In this document: positions 11,970 to 23,111 of the stretch, in pieces | How the letters are laid out: each line of letters opens with the position of its first letter | Numbering within the stretch: position 1 is the stretch's first letter | Assembly: GCA_963723815.1 (NCBI GenBank) | Contig: CAVRSH010000045.1 | Location: forward strand, 48,173 to 112,172 | From: an uncultured Actinomycetota bacterium | GTDB lineage: Bacteria > Actinomycetota > Actinomycetes > Propionibacteriales > Propionibacteriaceae | Direction: 5' to 3' | Length of the DNA: 64,000 nt | Made by a program: the position numbers and the translations under genes | Notes under the pieces: model-generated | Told to the model about the DNA's origin: nothing | The model's database searches: none | What the model saw: the letters and a program-made list of their open reading frames with translations, nothing else

Positions 11970-12580
11970 GTGGCGACTTCGCGGGATGGTGGCGACGAGT
12001 CCAAGGCGAGCGACCGCGTGGTGAGTGAGCTGAGCGAAGCCCTTAATGACTCACTTGGAAACCTGATGTTCGCTCTAGTCGGGGTTGAGTTGGCGAGAAG
12101 CTGGGTCGATGGGCACGTCCTAGCGACACCGGAAAACCCAGACCCGAAGCTCCACTTCGGTTCTGGTGACCCCCGAGATCCGAGAACCGCGATGATCTCC
12201 AGGTGGTCGAGAGCAAAAATCATGCGTGTGACACTCCCAGGCGGTTCCCTGGCAGTTCAGCTTGGTCATCAGTGGGTTGTGGCGTTCTACGCCCAGTGGA
12301 ACGAAGGCCTTCGGCCGAAGCTCGCAGAGGCAAGGGGTGTGCGATCTCCGAGATCACGGCCCCGCTACTTGGTGACTTGAGACACATCCGCAACGACATT
12401 GTTCATCACGGTGGAATCGCCTCGCGCCATAATGTCGGCCGGTGTGAGGTGATTGGACACTGGTTCACACGAGGACACGCATAGAGCTTCGGGAGCCTCA
12501 TTACTTGGAGTTCGTGCAAAGCTTCCCCTGGTCTGACCTAATGGTGCCTCGAAACAGCCACAAGTTTTCAGCTGTCACGC
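11970..12580 (+). CDS. Hypothetical protein with a HEPN-like RxxxxH motif (frameshifted; 3' end abuts the IS)
   Basis: ORFs 11970-12380 and 12203-12484 join into ...WNEGLRPKLAEARG...LLGDLRHIRNDIVHHGG; lower GC than the backbone. Confidence 0.55.
12430..12576 (+). repeat. 147-bp direct repeat, copy A
   Basis: About 11 differences from 14771-14917 by manual alignment. Confidence 0.9.
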
Positions 12581-12581
12581 C

Positions 12582-14037
12582 GAGGTTGTCCCGCGCTCCG
12601 TTGAACTTCGGTGGCGGTCTTGGTGATCGTCAGGCGGCGATCACGTTGTCATCATGACGGACGGTACCGACAGTCTGTGCGGCGATATGCTCGTCGAGAG
12701 CGACGCGGAGCGCCGGCAGGTGCAGGTGGCCGTTGACGCGACGGAACTGGTTGCGGGCCTCGATCATGCCGGCGGCGCACCAGCGCAGCGCCATGGTGCC
12801 GTTCTGCCAGTTCTTCACGTTGGTCGAGTGGTTGCGGGCGATCGAGATCATCGACTCGATGCTGTTGGTCGAGCGCAGCGTGCGGGCCAGCGTCGGCGAC
12901 ACGCCCAGGCGCAGCACGGTCAGCGTCTCGGCAAGGCCCTCACGCACGAGGCGGCGGCGCCGGGGTGGGTCCGCTGCAGCTCCTTGGCCAGGGCCTCGAG
13001 CTGCGCCTCGGCCAGGATCGCGGACTCGGCGTGGTAGGCCGCCCGCATCCGCTTGGTCACCGTCGAGGCCAGGTGTTCGGGCAGCTTGTCGGCTACGTTG
13101 CGCAGCTTGTGCAACTGGCAGCGACCGATCACCGGGTGGTCGAACACCTTCACCACCGCGGCTCGCAAGCGCCTTCCCGCCGTCGATGCCGACGAAGATC
13201 GGCCGGGTCGTGTCCAGGCCGCGATCACGCAACCCGGTCAGCAGATCGGTGACCACGCTCGTGTTCTCCGTGGAGCCTTCGACCAGCCCGAGCGGATGCT
13301 TGACGCCGTCGATGCCGATCCCCAACGCCACCACGCACAGATGCTCACCGAAGTGCACCCCGTCGATCATTAACGCCACCAGGTCCAGCTCACCCAGCGT
13401 GCGCGGCCAGCAGCTCGCCCAGCGCGGTCTCGGTCGCGGCGACGAACCGGCGCGACACCGCCGACTTGCTCGTCGGCCGGCCGACTCCTCGACCCGCTTT
13501 CCGACCGGTTCCAGCCCGGCCGGATAGCGGCGAGTGGACAGCCCGGCAAGCATCCGCTGCATCGCCATCCGGCCCAACACCTCGGTCCGGCTGAACAGTT
13601 CGTACGCCGGCACAGGCAGCTCGCCCCTCCCGTCCGCCGCGCGCATCCGCGGCCGCTGCACCGGCACCCGCCGGCCACCGAGGGTGACCGAGCCGGCCTC
13701 GGTGCCGTGGCGCACCGCACTCCGGCCCGGATCGTGCTTGCCCTTCGGCCCGCACGCCGCCTCGACGTCGGCGTTCATCAGCGCGGCCATCACCTGCAGC
13801 CCGGTGCCCACGGCCATCGCGAGCAGGCCCTCCTGCACGTCGCCGGCCAGCTCGGCCATCGCGATCGACACAGCCTCCGGCAGCATCGGCGTCGTCGCAC
13901 TCACAGCGTTCTTCTGGTAGTTCTTCTTCACAGCGGTCCCCTGTCTCTGGGTCGACTTGGCGGTCGCCCAACACCTACCGCAAGGCAGCTGTCAGGCGGG
14001 GGACCGCCACCTCAACTTCCACGAGACCCGGGACAAC
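12582..14037 (-). mobile_element. IS256-family insertion sequence
   Basis: Imperfect terminal inverted repeats gttgtcccg...ggtggcggtc at both ends, enclosing a transposase; no target-site duplication seen. Confidence 0.88.
12630..13931 (-). CDS. IS256-family (Mutator-type DDE) transposase (frameshifted)
   Basis: GLSTRRY, LMIDGVHF, VVALGIGIDGVKHPLGL, IDGGKAL, RCQLHKLRNV, LRSTNSIES. Confidence 0.92.
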   Translation of the reverse strand: MKKNYQKNAVSATTPMLPEAVSIAMAELAGDVQEGLLAMAVGTGLQVMAALMNADVEAACGPKGKHDPGRSAVRHGTEAGSVTLGGRRVPVQRPRMRAADGRGELPVPAYELFSRTEVLGRMAMQRMLAGLSTRRYPAGLEPVGKRVEESAGRRASRRCRAGSSPRPRPRWASCWPRTLGELDLVALMIDGVHFGEHLCVVALGIGIDGVKHPLGLVEGSTENTSVVTDLLTGLRDRGLDTTRPIFVGIDGGKALASRGGEGVRPPGDRSLPVAQAAQRSRQAARTPGLDGDQADAGGLPRRVRDPGRGAARGPGQGAAADPPRRRRLVREGLAETLTVLRLGVSPTLARTLRSTNSIESMISIARNHSTNVKNWQNGTMALRWCAAGMIEARNQFRRVNGHLHLPALRVALDEHIAAQTVGTVRHDDNVIAA

Positions 14038-14074
14038 TGACGACTACGCATGGCACGCAGCACCTGGTTGACCC
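14038..14074 (+). repeat. 37-bp perfect inverted repeat, left arm
   Basis: tgacgactacgcatggcacgcagcacctggttgaccc is the exact reverse complement of 14729-14765. Confidence 0.95.
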
Positions 14075-14728
14075 ACGGCGACGCCGCCGAACACGGTGGC
14101 CGGCATCTGGTCCGTGGCATGGATCTGGGCTGGGCTGAGCGCCTATCACCCAAGGTCCCGCCGGGATTCGAGCGGCCCTCACGACCTGGACGGGTCGCAT
14201 ATTTATCGACATGGTCACGCGATGGCAACGTGCGCGTTCTCAGTTACTTGCTATCGGACCTCACCCCGAAGTTCGAGTTTCTAAGGCCTCCACGCTTTCG
14301 GTCCATACCAGTCCGCATTCCGCCGGTCCGCCACCATCGCCGGGATCTGGCCAGCGATGACCCTGTGCCGATAGCCGCGGCTCGAGACCACCATCTGGGG
14401 GACGCCGACGCCGATCCGGCGAGTGCAGAATCAACTTCCAGGCCGGTCTTTGTGTCGGTCCTCCCGCCCGGTGTCCGATGATCCGATGCTTCGGCAGGGG
14501 TTGTAATCGGAGTCACGATTCTGCAGGCGTTCTTCTCGGTGCTGTCGCTGGAAGAGTTGCTTGCGGCGTCACTATCGGCGGGAGATCCATCCGGGAGGTG
14601 GCCGCCACGTCTCGAGCACATTCACCGAGGTGTTCGAGTAATCAAATTCGCAGGTGAAGACCACTTCGGCCGGACTTCTCCGAATCCGTAGGACGCCTGT
14701 GGGATCAGAGCTGAAGGGCTGAACCTTG

Positions 14729-14765
14729 GGGTCAACCAGGTGCTGCGTGCCATGCGTAGTCGTCA
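14729..14765 (-). repeat. 37-bp perfect inverted repeat, right arm
   Basis: Exact reverse complement of 14038-14074. Confidence 0.95.
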
Positions 14766-14770
14766 TCTCT

Positions 14771-14917
14771 TAATGTTGGCCGGTGCGAGGTGATTGGACA
14801 CTGGTTCACACGATGACACGTCATAGAGCTTCGGGAGCCTCATTACTGAGAGTTCGTGCAACGCTTCCCCTGGTCTGACCTAATGGTGCCGGGAAACAAC
14901 CACAAGTTTCAGCTGTC
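14771..14917 (+). repeat. 147-bp direct repeat, copy B (decayed 3' end of the HEPN-motif gene)
   Basis: Matches 12430-12576; carries two TGA-creating changes. Confidence 0.9.
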
Positions 14918-14971
14918 GGCGACATCGATGACGAAGTCAAGGGATCGGGTGTGAGGTCAGAGAAGAACTCG

Positions 14972-15957
14972 TCACGACACGCTGGCGCTGGTCAGCAGCT
15001 TCGCGGCCGCGTCGGCGTTCACGCCCTCGGTCAGGTCGAAGGCCGTGCCGCGTTCGCCGTTGGCTTCGATGACCGGATTGGCGACGAATGCGGTCACGTC
15101 ATCGCTGCTGGCTCCGGCGGCCACCAGCGCCTTCGCGAACTGCCAGTCCAACAGATCCTGTACCTCCCCGAAGAATCGATCGAGTTCGCCGAGCCCCTCC
15201 AGTGGGCCGGCCGACATGTGCACCCCATTGAAGTTCGAGTTGACGCTGGACAGCCCGAAGCAGGCCGGGTCGGCGCGCAGCCTGCCCCTGATGGAGCCGC
15301 TGGCCGCCTTGCTCGGATCGGTGGCGCCGATCATCTCGGAGCGGAGCACCTCCCAGTCGGTCGGACTGCTGGCGTGCAAGAAGGCACAGACCGCGTCGTC
15401 GGCGGTGAAGAAGCTGAGCTGCCGCGGATGGAAGCCGTTCAAGATGATGATCGACGCGCCGTCGATCTTGACGGGGGCTGCGTATGTGCCCGGGCCCAGC
15501 CGGCCGACGCTGGAGTTGGAGAACAACATCGCCAGGGCGAACGGGCTGATCTCGGGGTACCGCTCCAGGAACTGGTGCCCACCCAGCACCTCAGCATCGT
15601 CGAGCGACGCCGAATACTGCGCCTGCAGGGCTTCTTCGGCGGCGTCGGTCAGCGCCGGCCGGCCGAGGCGGGAGATCTGGTTGATCACCCCGTAGTGCTC
15701 CTGCATCGCCCCCGCCTGCTCGAGTTCCGGCCCGGTGAGGATCTTCACCCGGTGCACCGTCACGTCATGGGTGCGGAACGACTCGGCGAACAGGTCCCAT
15801 ACCGCAGCCAGGTGATCATCACCCAGCCGGCCGAGCTCGGGCTTACTGAAGATCACGAACTCGTTGGCGGCCGGCTCCTGCGGGCCACCCCGCTGGTCGC
15901 GGTGGTTGCCTGGGGAAACCGTTCGGACACGGCCGTCTGGACTGCCTCTGCGCTCAT
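14972..15957 (-). CDS. Atypical long nucleoside-diphosphate kinase-like protein (about 330 aa; frameshift near 15900)
   Basis: NEFVIFSKPE (cf. NDK TLVIIKPD), MIGATDPSKAASGSIRG and NGVHMSAG (phospho-His motif). Confidence 0.7.
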
Positions 15958-16005
15958 GTGCCCAGCTTGGCCGCTCGGCCTGATTGAGGGCAACTCGGCT
16001 TAGGG

Positions 16006-17370
16006 TTGGTCCATGACGTCCGGTGCGGAGTGGCCGGTGGCCCAGGTCACCTTGGCGGACCCGAAAACGCGCGCCGGGTTGACCGAACCGAATCTGGCCC
16101 GGATGTGTCCCGCCTGACCGCTGCGCTTCCCGGCCGGCCGAGTCGGGAAGGGCTGGCCCACCTGCTCGAACCCAGCGACGAGGGGAAGGTCGGCCGCGAC
16201 CTGCCGTTGCGCAGCCTGGTCTTCGACTCGGTGATCATGGTGACCTTCCTGGCCATGGGCGCGCTGCTGCTCACGGTGATGGCCCTGCACGAACGTCCGC
16301 TGGACTATCTGTTCGTGATCTTGGTCAGTTTCCCGCTGGCGTTTCGGCGCCGCTTCCCGCGATCTTCGGTGTTCGCCATCTTCGGCATGGCGATCATCCA
16401 GCAATTCGCCGGCATCCTGATCGGGATCTACGACGCCGCCGTGCTCTTCGGCCTCTACTCAGCGGTCGGCTACACCAACCGCCGCTTCGGGTTGGTCGCC
16501 CTGGGCGGAGCCTTCGTGACGATCATCATCGGGGCGTTCACCGACTGGTGGTGGTGGATCGATCTGCAGGTGGCTGGGGACACCTGGATCAGGCCGTACA
16601 GCACGCTGGGCGCACTGGTGTTGATCTTCACGGCGTGGGCCCTGGGGGAGCGGTTGCGTTCCGCCCGACTGGGCGGTATCGCCCTGGCCGAGCGAGCCGA
16701 CCAGTTGATGCGCGAGCGCGAGCAGCAGGCCCTGCTGGCCGCGGCCGCGGAACGCGCGCGGATCGCCCGAGAGATGCACGACGTCATCGCCCACGGCCTC
16801 TCGGTGATGATCGCTCAGGCCGACGGTGCGACGTACGTGGTGGAGCAGTCCCCGAGCCAGGCGAAGGCTTCGTTGGAACAGATCTCCAAAACCGGCCGCG
16901 AGGCGCTCGGGCAGATGCGCGATCTGCTCGGACTGCTGCGGGCCGACGAGGCTGACGCGCTCGGCGGCCATCCACAACCCGCCCTCGGCGACCTGGATGC
17001 CCTCGTCGATCAGGCTCGCGCGGGTGGTGCGAACGTGCAGGTGCGGAGGGCCGATGATCTTGAACGGCTGCCCGCACTGGTCTCGCTGACCGCGTACCGG
17101 ATCGTCCAGGAGGGTCTCACCAACGCGCGCAAGCACGGTGGGTCGGACGTCACGGTGGCCCTGGACCGGGTGCCGGGTGGTCTCCAGGTCAGGGTCTGGA
17201 ACAGTGGCCGTGGCGACGCCGAACCGATGATGTCGGGCGAGCCCGGCCACGGACTGATCGGGATGCGGGAACGGGTGGCGGCGGTCGGTGGCACGCTGAC
17301 GGCCCAACCGACGTCCGACGGCGGATATGAGATCGTGGCCTGGCTGCCCACCGAGACAGGCAGATCGTGA
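16006..17370 (+). CDS. NarX/DesK-type (HisKA_3) membrane sensor histidine kinase (start uncertain)
   Basis: TM helices, ERARIAREMHDVIAHGLS, RIVQEGLTNARKH, GHGLIGMRERV. Confidence 0.93.
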   Translation: MVHDVRCGVAGGPGHLGGPENARRVDRTESGPDVSRLTAALPGRPSREGLAHLLEPSDEGKVGRDLPLRSLVFDSVIMVTFLAMGALLLTVMALHERPLDYLFVILVSFPLAFRRRFPRSSVFAIFGMAIIQQFAGILIGIYDAAVLFGLYSAVGYTNRRFGLVALGGAFVTIIIGAFTDWWWWIDLQVAGDTWIRPYSTLGALVLIFTAWALGERLRSARLGGIALAERADQLMREREQQALLAAAAERARIAREMHDVIAHGLSVMIAQADGATYVVEQSPSQAKASLEQISKTGREALGQMRDLLGLLRADEADALGGHPQPALGDLDALVDQARAGGANVQVRRADDLERLPALVSLTAYRIVQEGLTNARKHGGSDVTVALDRVPGGLQVRVWNSGRGDAEPMMSGEPGHGLIGMRERVAAVGGTLTAQPTSDGGYEIVAWLPTETGRS

Positions 17371-17407
17371 CCAGAGATCGCTCGAGGGAGATCGTGACGG
17401 GAACGCG

Positions 17408-18124
17408 GTGACGGACAAGATCAAAGTATTCCTGGTCGACGACCAGGAGCTGGTCCGCGCCGGTTTCGCCATGGTGATCGGGTCGCAGGACGACCTCGAG
17501 GTCGTCGGCCAGGCGGGCGACGGCGGCGAGGCCGTCGAGCGCCTGGCGGTGACCGCGGCCGACGTCGTGATCATGGATGTCCGGATGCCGCGGATGGACG
17601 GCGTGCAGGCGACCAAGATCATCACCGAGCGGCTGGCCGCGCACAGCCCGCGGGTGATCGTGCTGACCACCTTCGATCTGGACGAGTATGCGTTCTCGGC
17701 GTTGCGCGCCGGGGCTGCCGGCTTCCTGCTGAAGGACACCCCGCCGGCCGAACTGCTCGCCGCCATCCGCACGGTGCACGCCGGTGAGGCGGTGATCGCC
17801 CCGACCACCACCCGGCGGCTGGTGGAGAAGTTCGTCCAGGCGGTGCCCGACGCCGCCGCGCCCGCGCCGACCCAGATCGCAAGCCTGACCGACCGGGAGC
17901 GGCAGGTCCTCGTCGAGATCGCCCACGGGCTCAGTAACACCGAGATCGCCTCGAAGTTCTTCCTCTCCGAGGCGACGGTCAAGACCCACGTCGGCCGGAT
18001 CCTGGCCAAGACGGGTATCCGTGACCGGGTCGCGCTGGTCGTGCTCGCCTACGAGATCGGTCTGGTCCGCCCGCAGCGCGTGACTGTGAGACGCAGACCG
18101 CGCGACGTTGAGAGGCTTCGGTAG
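17408..18124 (+). CDS. NarL/LuxR-family response regulator
   Basis: LVDDQELVR, MDVRMPRMDG, LTDRERQVL...TVKTHVGRIL. Confidence 0.95.
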   Translation: MTDKIKVFLVDDQELVRAGFAMVIGSQDDLEVVGQAGDGGEAVERLAVTAADVVIMDVRMPRMDGVQATKIITERLAAHSPRVIVLTTFDLDEYAFSALRAGAAGFLLKDTPPAELLAAIRTVHAGEAVIAPTTTRRLVEKFVQAVPDAAAPAPTQIASLTDRERQVLVEIAHGLSNTEIASKFFLSEATVKTHVGRILAKTGIRDRVALVVLAYEIGLVRPQRVTVRRRPRDVERLR

Positions 18125-18166
18125 GGTCGGGGCTTTCCACCGACTCGCTGACGACGAGAGGCACTC

Positions 18167-21074
18167 GTGACGCTCCTCATCGCCGTGCAGTTCGGCGTTG
18201 CCTGTCTGGCGCCAATGCTGCTGCGCGTGCTGCGGGGGCGCGCCTTCTTCCTCCTCGCGCTGCCGCCGCTCGCTACGGCGATCTGGACCGCATGGCACGC
18301 ACCGTTTGTGCTGGCCGGTGGTGTGATCACCGAGCAGTTCGCCTGGATCCCGGTGCTGGGCATCGAGATCTCCTTCCGGATCGGCGTGCTGCAGTGGGTG
18401 CTCACGGCGATCGTCAGCGGAATCGGTGCCCTGGTGCTGTTCTACTGCCGCTGGTACTTCGACGACGCCGATCCGCCGCTGCGGACCGGGGCGGTGCTGC
18501 TCGCCTTCGCCGGTGCGATGACCGGTCTGGTCACCTCCGACGATCTGATCGGGCTGTACGTCTTCTGGGAACTGACGACGGTCTTCTCCTACCTCCTGGT
18601 CGGCCACAACCCGGCCTTCAGCGCCAATCGGCGGGCCGCGTTGACGGCTCTGATCGTCACCACCGTCGGGGGACTGGCGATGTTGATCGGCATCGTGTTA
18701 CTGGCGGTCCGGACGACACCTACAGCCTCTCCGGGGTGATCGGCCGAGCGGCCGCCTCAGGTGTCGGCTCGGGGCTGGTGATCACCGCGGTGATCCTGCT
18801 GCTGGTCGGGGCGCTGTCCAAGTCGGCACTGGTCCCGTTCCACTTCTGGCTTCCTGGCGCCATGGCCGCGCCGACCCCGGTCAGCGCCTACCTGCACGCC
18901 GCCGCCATGGTGAAGGCGGGCGTCTATCTGGTGGCGGTACTCGCGCCGATCTTCGCGGCCACCCCGGGCTGGCGGCCGGTCACCCTCGTCCTCGGCTCGG
19001 CGACCATGATCATCGGCGGTTGGCGGGCGCTGCGCCAGTACGACATCAAGGTGCTGCTGGCGTACGGGACCGTCAGCCAGCTCGGCTTCCTGATCGTGAT
19101 GACCGGCCTCGGGACGCGGGCGGCCGCCCTCGGCGGGGTGGCGCTGCTGATTTCGCATGCGTTGTTCAAGTCGACGTTGTTCCTGGTCGTCGGCATCGTC
19201 GACCACAGCACGGGCAGCCGCGACCTGCGCCAGCTCTCATCGGTCGGCCGGGCCATGCCGGTGGTCGCCGGGACCGCCGTGCTCGCCGGCGCGTCCATGG
19301 CCGCCGTCCCGCCACACGATCGGCTTCACCGCCAAGGAGACCGCCTTCGAGGCGGTGACCTATCTGGTCGCGGGCGGAGACGGGACCGGAGTGCCGGCGA
19401 TGCCGGTGTGTTGCTGGCGATCGTCGTTGGTGGCCGGGTCCGCGCTGACCGTCGCCTACACGCTGCGCTTCCTCTGGGGGACCTTCGCCGACAAGACCGG
19501 AGTGGCGTCCAGTCATTGCCATCGGGTGCCCGCCGGCTTCGCCGTCGCTCCGGTGATCCTCGGCGCCCTGTGTCTGATCGGGGGCTTCCTCGGCCCCGAA
19601 CTGACGCAAGCCCTGATGCCGTACGTCGACACGTTCACCACCGGCGAGGACAGCCACGGAATCGCGCTGTGGCACGGATTCACCGTGCCGCTGCTGATGT
19701 CGGTGATCGCGCTCGCCGTGGGCGGTCTGCTGTTCTGGCAGCGCGGGTTCATCGCCCGGGCCCAGTCCACCTTCCCGGCGGCATTCGACTCCGAAGAGCT
19801 CTACCAGCGGACCATGCGCGGGGTCGACCGGTTGGCGGTCGAGGTGACCGCGCGGACCCAGCGGGGCTCGCTGCCGGTCTACCTCGGCTCGATCCTGCTC
19901 GTGGTCGTGTTGTTGCCCGGCGGTGCGCTGATGGTGCTGGCCAACTGGCCCAGCGAAGTCCGCTACGCCGACACCTGGGCCCAACTGCTGGTCGGATTGA
20001 TCATGATCGCCGCAGCGTTCCTGGCCGCGACCTCGCGGGGGCGGCTGCAGGCGGTGATGCTGGTGGGCGTCACCGGCTACGGCGTGGCCATGCTCTTCCT
20101 GTTGCACGGTGCCCCCGACCTGGCCCTGACCCAGATGCTGGTGGAGACGGTCACCCTGGTGATCTTCGCGCTGGTGCTGCGGAAGCTGCCGAAGTACTTC
20201 ACCACCAGGCCGCTGCATTCGAGCCGCTGGTGGCGGCTGGTGATCGCGATCGCGGTGGCCGTCGTCGTCTGCCTGGTGACCATCGTGGCCAGCGGGGCGC
20301 GCATCGCCGTCCCCATCTCGGAGGGGTTCTACGAGGCGGCATACACCTTCGGCTACGGCAAGAACATCGTCAACGTCACCCTGGTCGACATCCGGGCGTG
20401 GGACACCCTGGGTGAGATCGCCGTCCTGGTGGTCGCGGCCACCGGCGTCGCCAGTCTGATCTTCATCCGCAGCCGCTATTCCGCGCCGCCGACGCGCGCC
20501 GAGGTCACCAGTGAACCCCCGGCGCCGGGCCGATTGGTCTGGTTGCGCGGCAGTGAAGCGCTGTCCCCGGCGCGCCGCTCGATCGTCTTCGAGGTGGTCA
20601 CCCGGGTGCTCTTCCCGGTGATGATCATGGTCTCGATCTATCTGCTGATCGCCGGTCATAACGCGCCGGGCGGGGGGTTCGCCGGGGGACTGGTCGCCGG
20701 GATGGCGCTGGTCATCCGGTATCTCGCCGCGGGTCGGCGGGGAACTCGACGAAGCTGCGCCGGTCGACGCCGGCCGAGTGCTCGGGGCGGGGCTGATCAT
20801 CGCCGCACTCAGCGCCCTGGCCCCCGCCCTGTTGGGCGGAAAGATCCTGCAGAGCTACGACATCGCCGTCGATCTCGGACCGGTGGGCGCCACCCACCTG
20901 GTGACCTCGGTCTTCTTCGACGTCGGGGTCTACCTCGTGGTGATCGGGGTGATGCTGGATCTGGCCCGCAGCCTGGGGGCCGGCATCGACCAGCACGAGG
21001 AGGAGGACCGTACGCCGAGCCCGCAGCCGACGCTGCGATCCCGGGCCGCTGGTACACCGAGGTCCGCCGGATGA
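18167..21074 (+). CDS. mrpA: Na+/H+ antiporter subunit A (A-B fusion; frameshifted)
   Basis: YVFWELTT, PFHFWLPGAMAAPTPVSAYLHAAAMVKAG, LVDIRAWDTLGE, GHNAPGGGFAGG. Confidence 0.92.
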
Positions 21075-21597
21075 GCCCGAATCTCGTACTCGTCGTCATC
21101 GCCGGCGTCCTGATCGGAGCTGGGGTCTACCTGCTGCTCGAACGTTCGCTGACCCGGATCCTGATCGGCGTGCTGCTCGCTTCGGAACGGCGTGAACATC
21201 TTGTTCCTGGTGGTCTCCGGCCCGGCAGGCGGTGCGCCGATCATCGGCGTGACGCCGAGCGCGAGGAGATGAGCGATCCGCTGCCGCAGGCGATGGTGCT
21301 GACGGCGATCGTGATCACCCTCGGGGTGACGGCGTATCTGCTGGCCCTGGCGTACCGCAGCTTCCAGTTGAACGGTCACGACGAGGTCGCCGACGACGTC
21401 GAGGATGCCGCGATCCGGCACCTGGCCGAAGCCGATCGGGGCTCCGGCTCGTACGACGAATCGGTCGAAGGGCACCCCGACGAGATCGGGCAGGGCACCG
21501 GCGACGAGGAGGGCGAGCGGGTCGACGAGGCGGACGCGGCCCTTCGACAGGCTCAGGGCACGGATGCTGACGCCGGCCGAGGGGCACCGGTCGATGA
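21071..21597 (+). CDS. mrpC: Na+/H+ antiporter subunit C (frameshifted)
   Basis: GVYLLLERSLTRILIG, DPLPQAMVLTAIVIT. Confidence 0.9.
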
Positions 21598-23111
21598 ACA
21601 ATCTGCTTCCGCTGCCCGTGCTGCTGCCGCTGTTCGGCGCGGGCATCGCCCTGGCGCTCGGCCGCCATCCGCGGGCGCAGCGGGTCGTCTCGACGCTGGT
21701 GATGGTGCGGTGATCACGGTGGCGGCGATCCTGGTCGATCTGACCGACCGTTACGGACCGGTCGTGCTGTGGGTCGGCGCGTGGCCGGAGCCGCTCGGCG
21801 TCGCCCTGGTGGCCGACCGGCTGAGCGCGCTGATGCTGCTGGTGTCCGCGGTCGGTCACGCTCGCCGTGCTGGTGTTCTCGATGGGCGCGGACGACGAGG
21901 AACGCAAGCGGGAGACGCCGGTGTCGATCTTCCACCCGACGCTGCTGGTGCTGGCGGCCGGCGTCTCCAACGCCTTCCTGGCCGGCGACCTGTTCAACCT
22001 TTTCGTCGGGTTCGAGATCCTGCTGTTCGCCTCGTACGTGCTGCTCACCCTCGGCGGCACCGGCGACGCGGGTGCGCGCCGGGACGCACGTACGTCGTGG
22101 TCAGCGTGCTGTCCTCGCTGCTGTTCCTGATCGCGATCGCGTCGATCTACGCCGCGACCGGCACCGTCAACCTGGCCCAGCTCGTCGGTGCGCCTGGCGC
22201 AACTGCCCGACGATGTGCAGCCTGGTCCTGCAACTGCTGCTGCTGACCGTCTTCTCGATCAAGGCCGCGGTCTTCCCGCTGTCGGCCTGGCTGCCGGACT
22301 CCTACCCGACCGCGCCGGCACCGGTGACCGCGGTGTTCGCCGGCCTGCTCACCAAGGTCGGTGTCTACGCGATCATCCGCACCCAGACCCTGCTGTTCCC
22401 CGACAGCCATCTGACCGACGCTGCTGCTGTGGGCCGCGCTGGCGACCATGATCATCGGCATCCTCGGGGCCATCGCGCAGTCCGAGATCAAGCGGATGCT
22501 GTCCTTCACCCTGGTCAGCCACATCGGCTACATGATCTTCGGCGTCGGGCTGGCCAGCATCTCCGGCTACGCGGGCGCGATCTTCTACACCGCCCACCAC
22601 ATCACCATCCAGACCACGCTGTTCCTGATCATCGGGCTGGTCGAGCTCCGCGGCGGCAGCACCTCGTTGAACAAGCTCGGCGGGCTGGCCGCGCCTCGCC
22701 GGTGCTGGGGATCCTGTTCTTCGTGCCGGCGATGAACCTCGCCGGCATCCCGCCGCTGTCCGGCTTCGTCGGCAAGGTCGGCCTGCTGCAGGCCGGAGCC
22801 GAACGTCGGGGGAATGCTGGCGTACGTGCTGATCGTCGGCGGGGTGCTGACCAGCCTGCTGACCCTGTACGCGATGGCCAAGGTCTGGAACCGCGCGTTC
22901 TGGCGGCCGATCGCCGACGCGCCTGAGCCCGGCGAGGAGACCGCGGACCATGCCGAAGCCGATGCTGGCCACCGCGGCCATGCTGGTGCTGGTCGGGGTG
23001 GGGATCACCGTGGTCGCCGGACCACTCTACGGATTCGCGGAACGATCCGCCGCCGACCTCGTGGGCGGCCGGGCTTACATCGCCGCGGTGCTGCCCGAAG
23101 GCCTCCGATGA
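21594..23111 (+). CDS. mrpD: Na+/H+ antiporter subunit D (frameshifted)
   Basis: GDLFNLFVGFEI, WLPDSYPTAP, LLTKVGVY, NLAGIPPLSGFVGK. Confidence 0.9.

Noticed and set aside
19157-22246. 1029-aa MrpA-C-D fusion
   Set aside because: The frame passes through coding and non-coding stretches; an artefact of indel errors.
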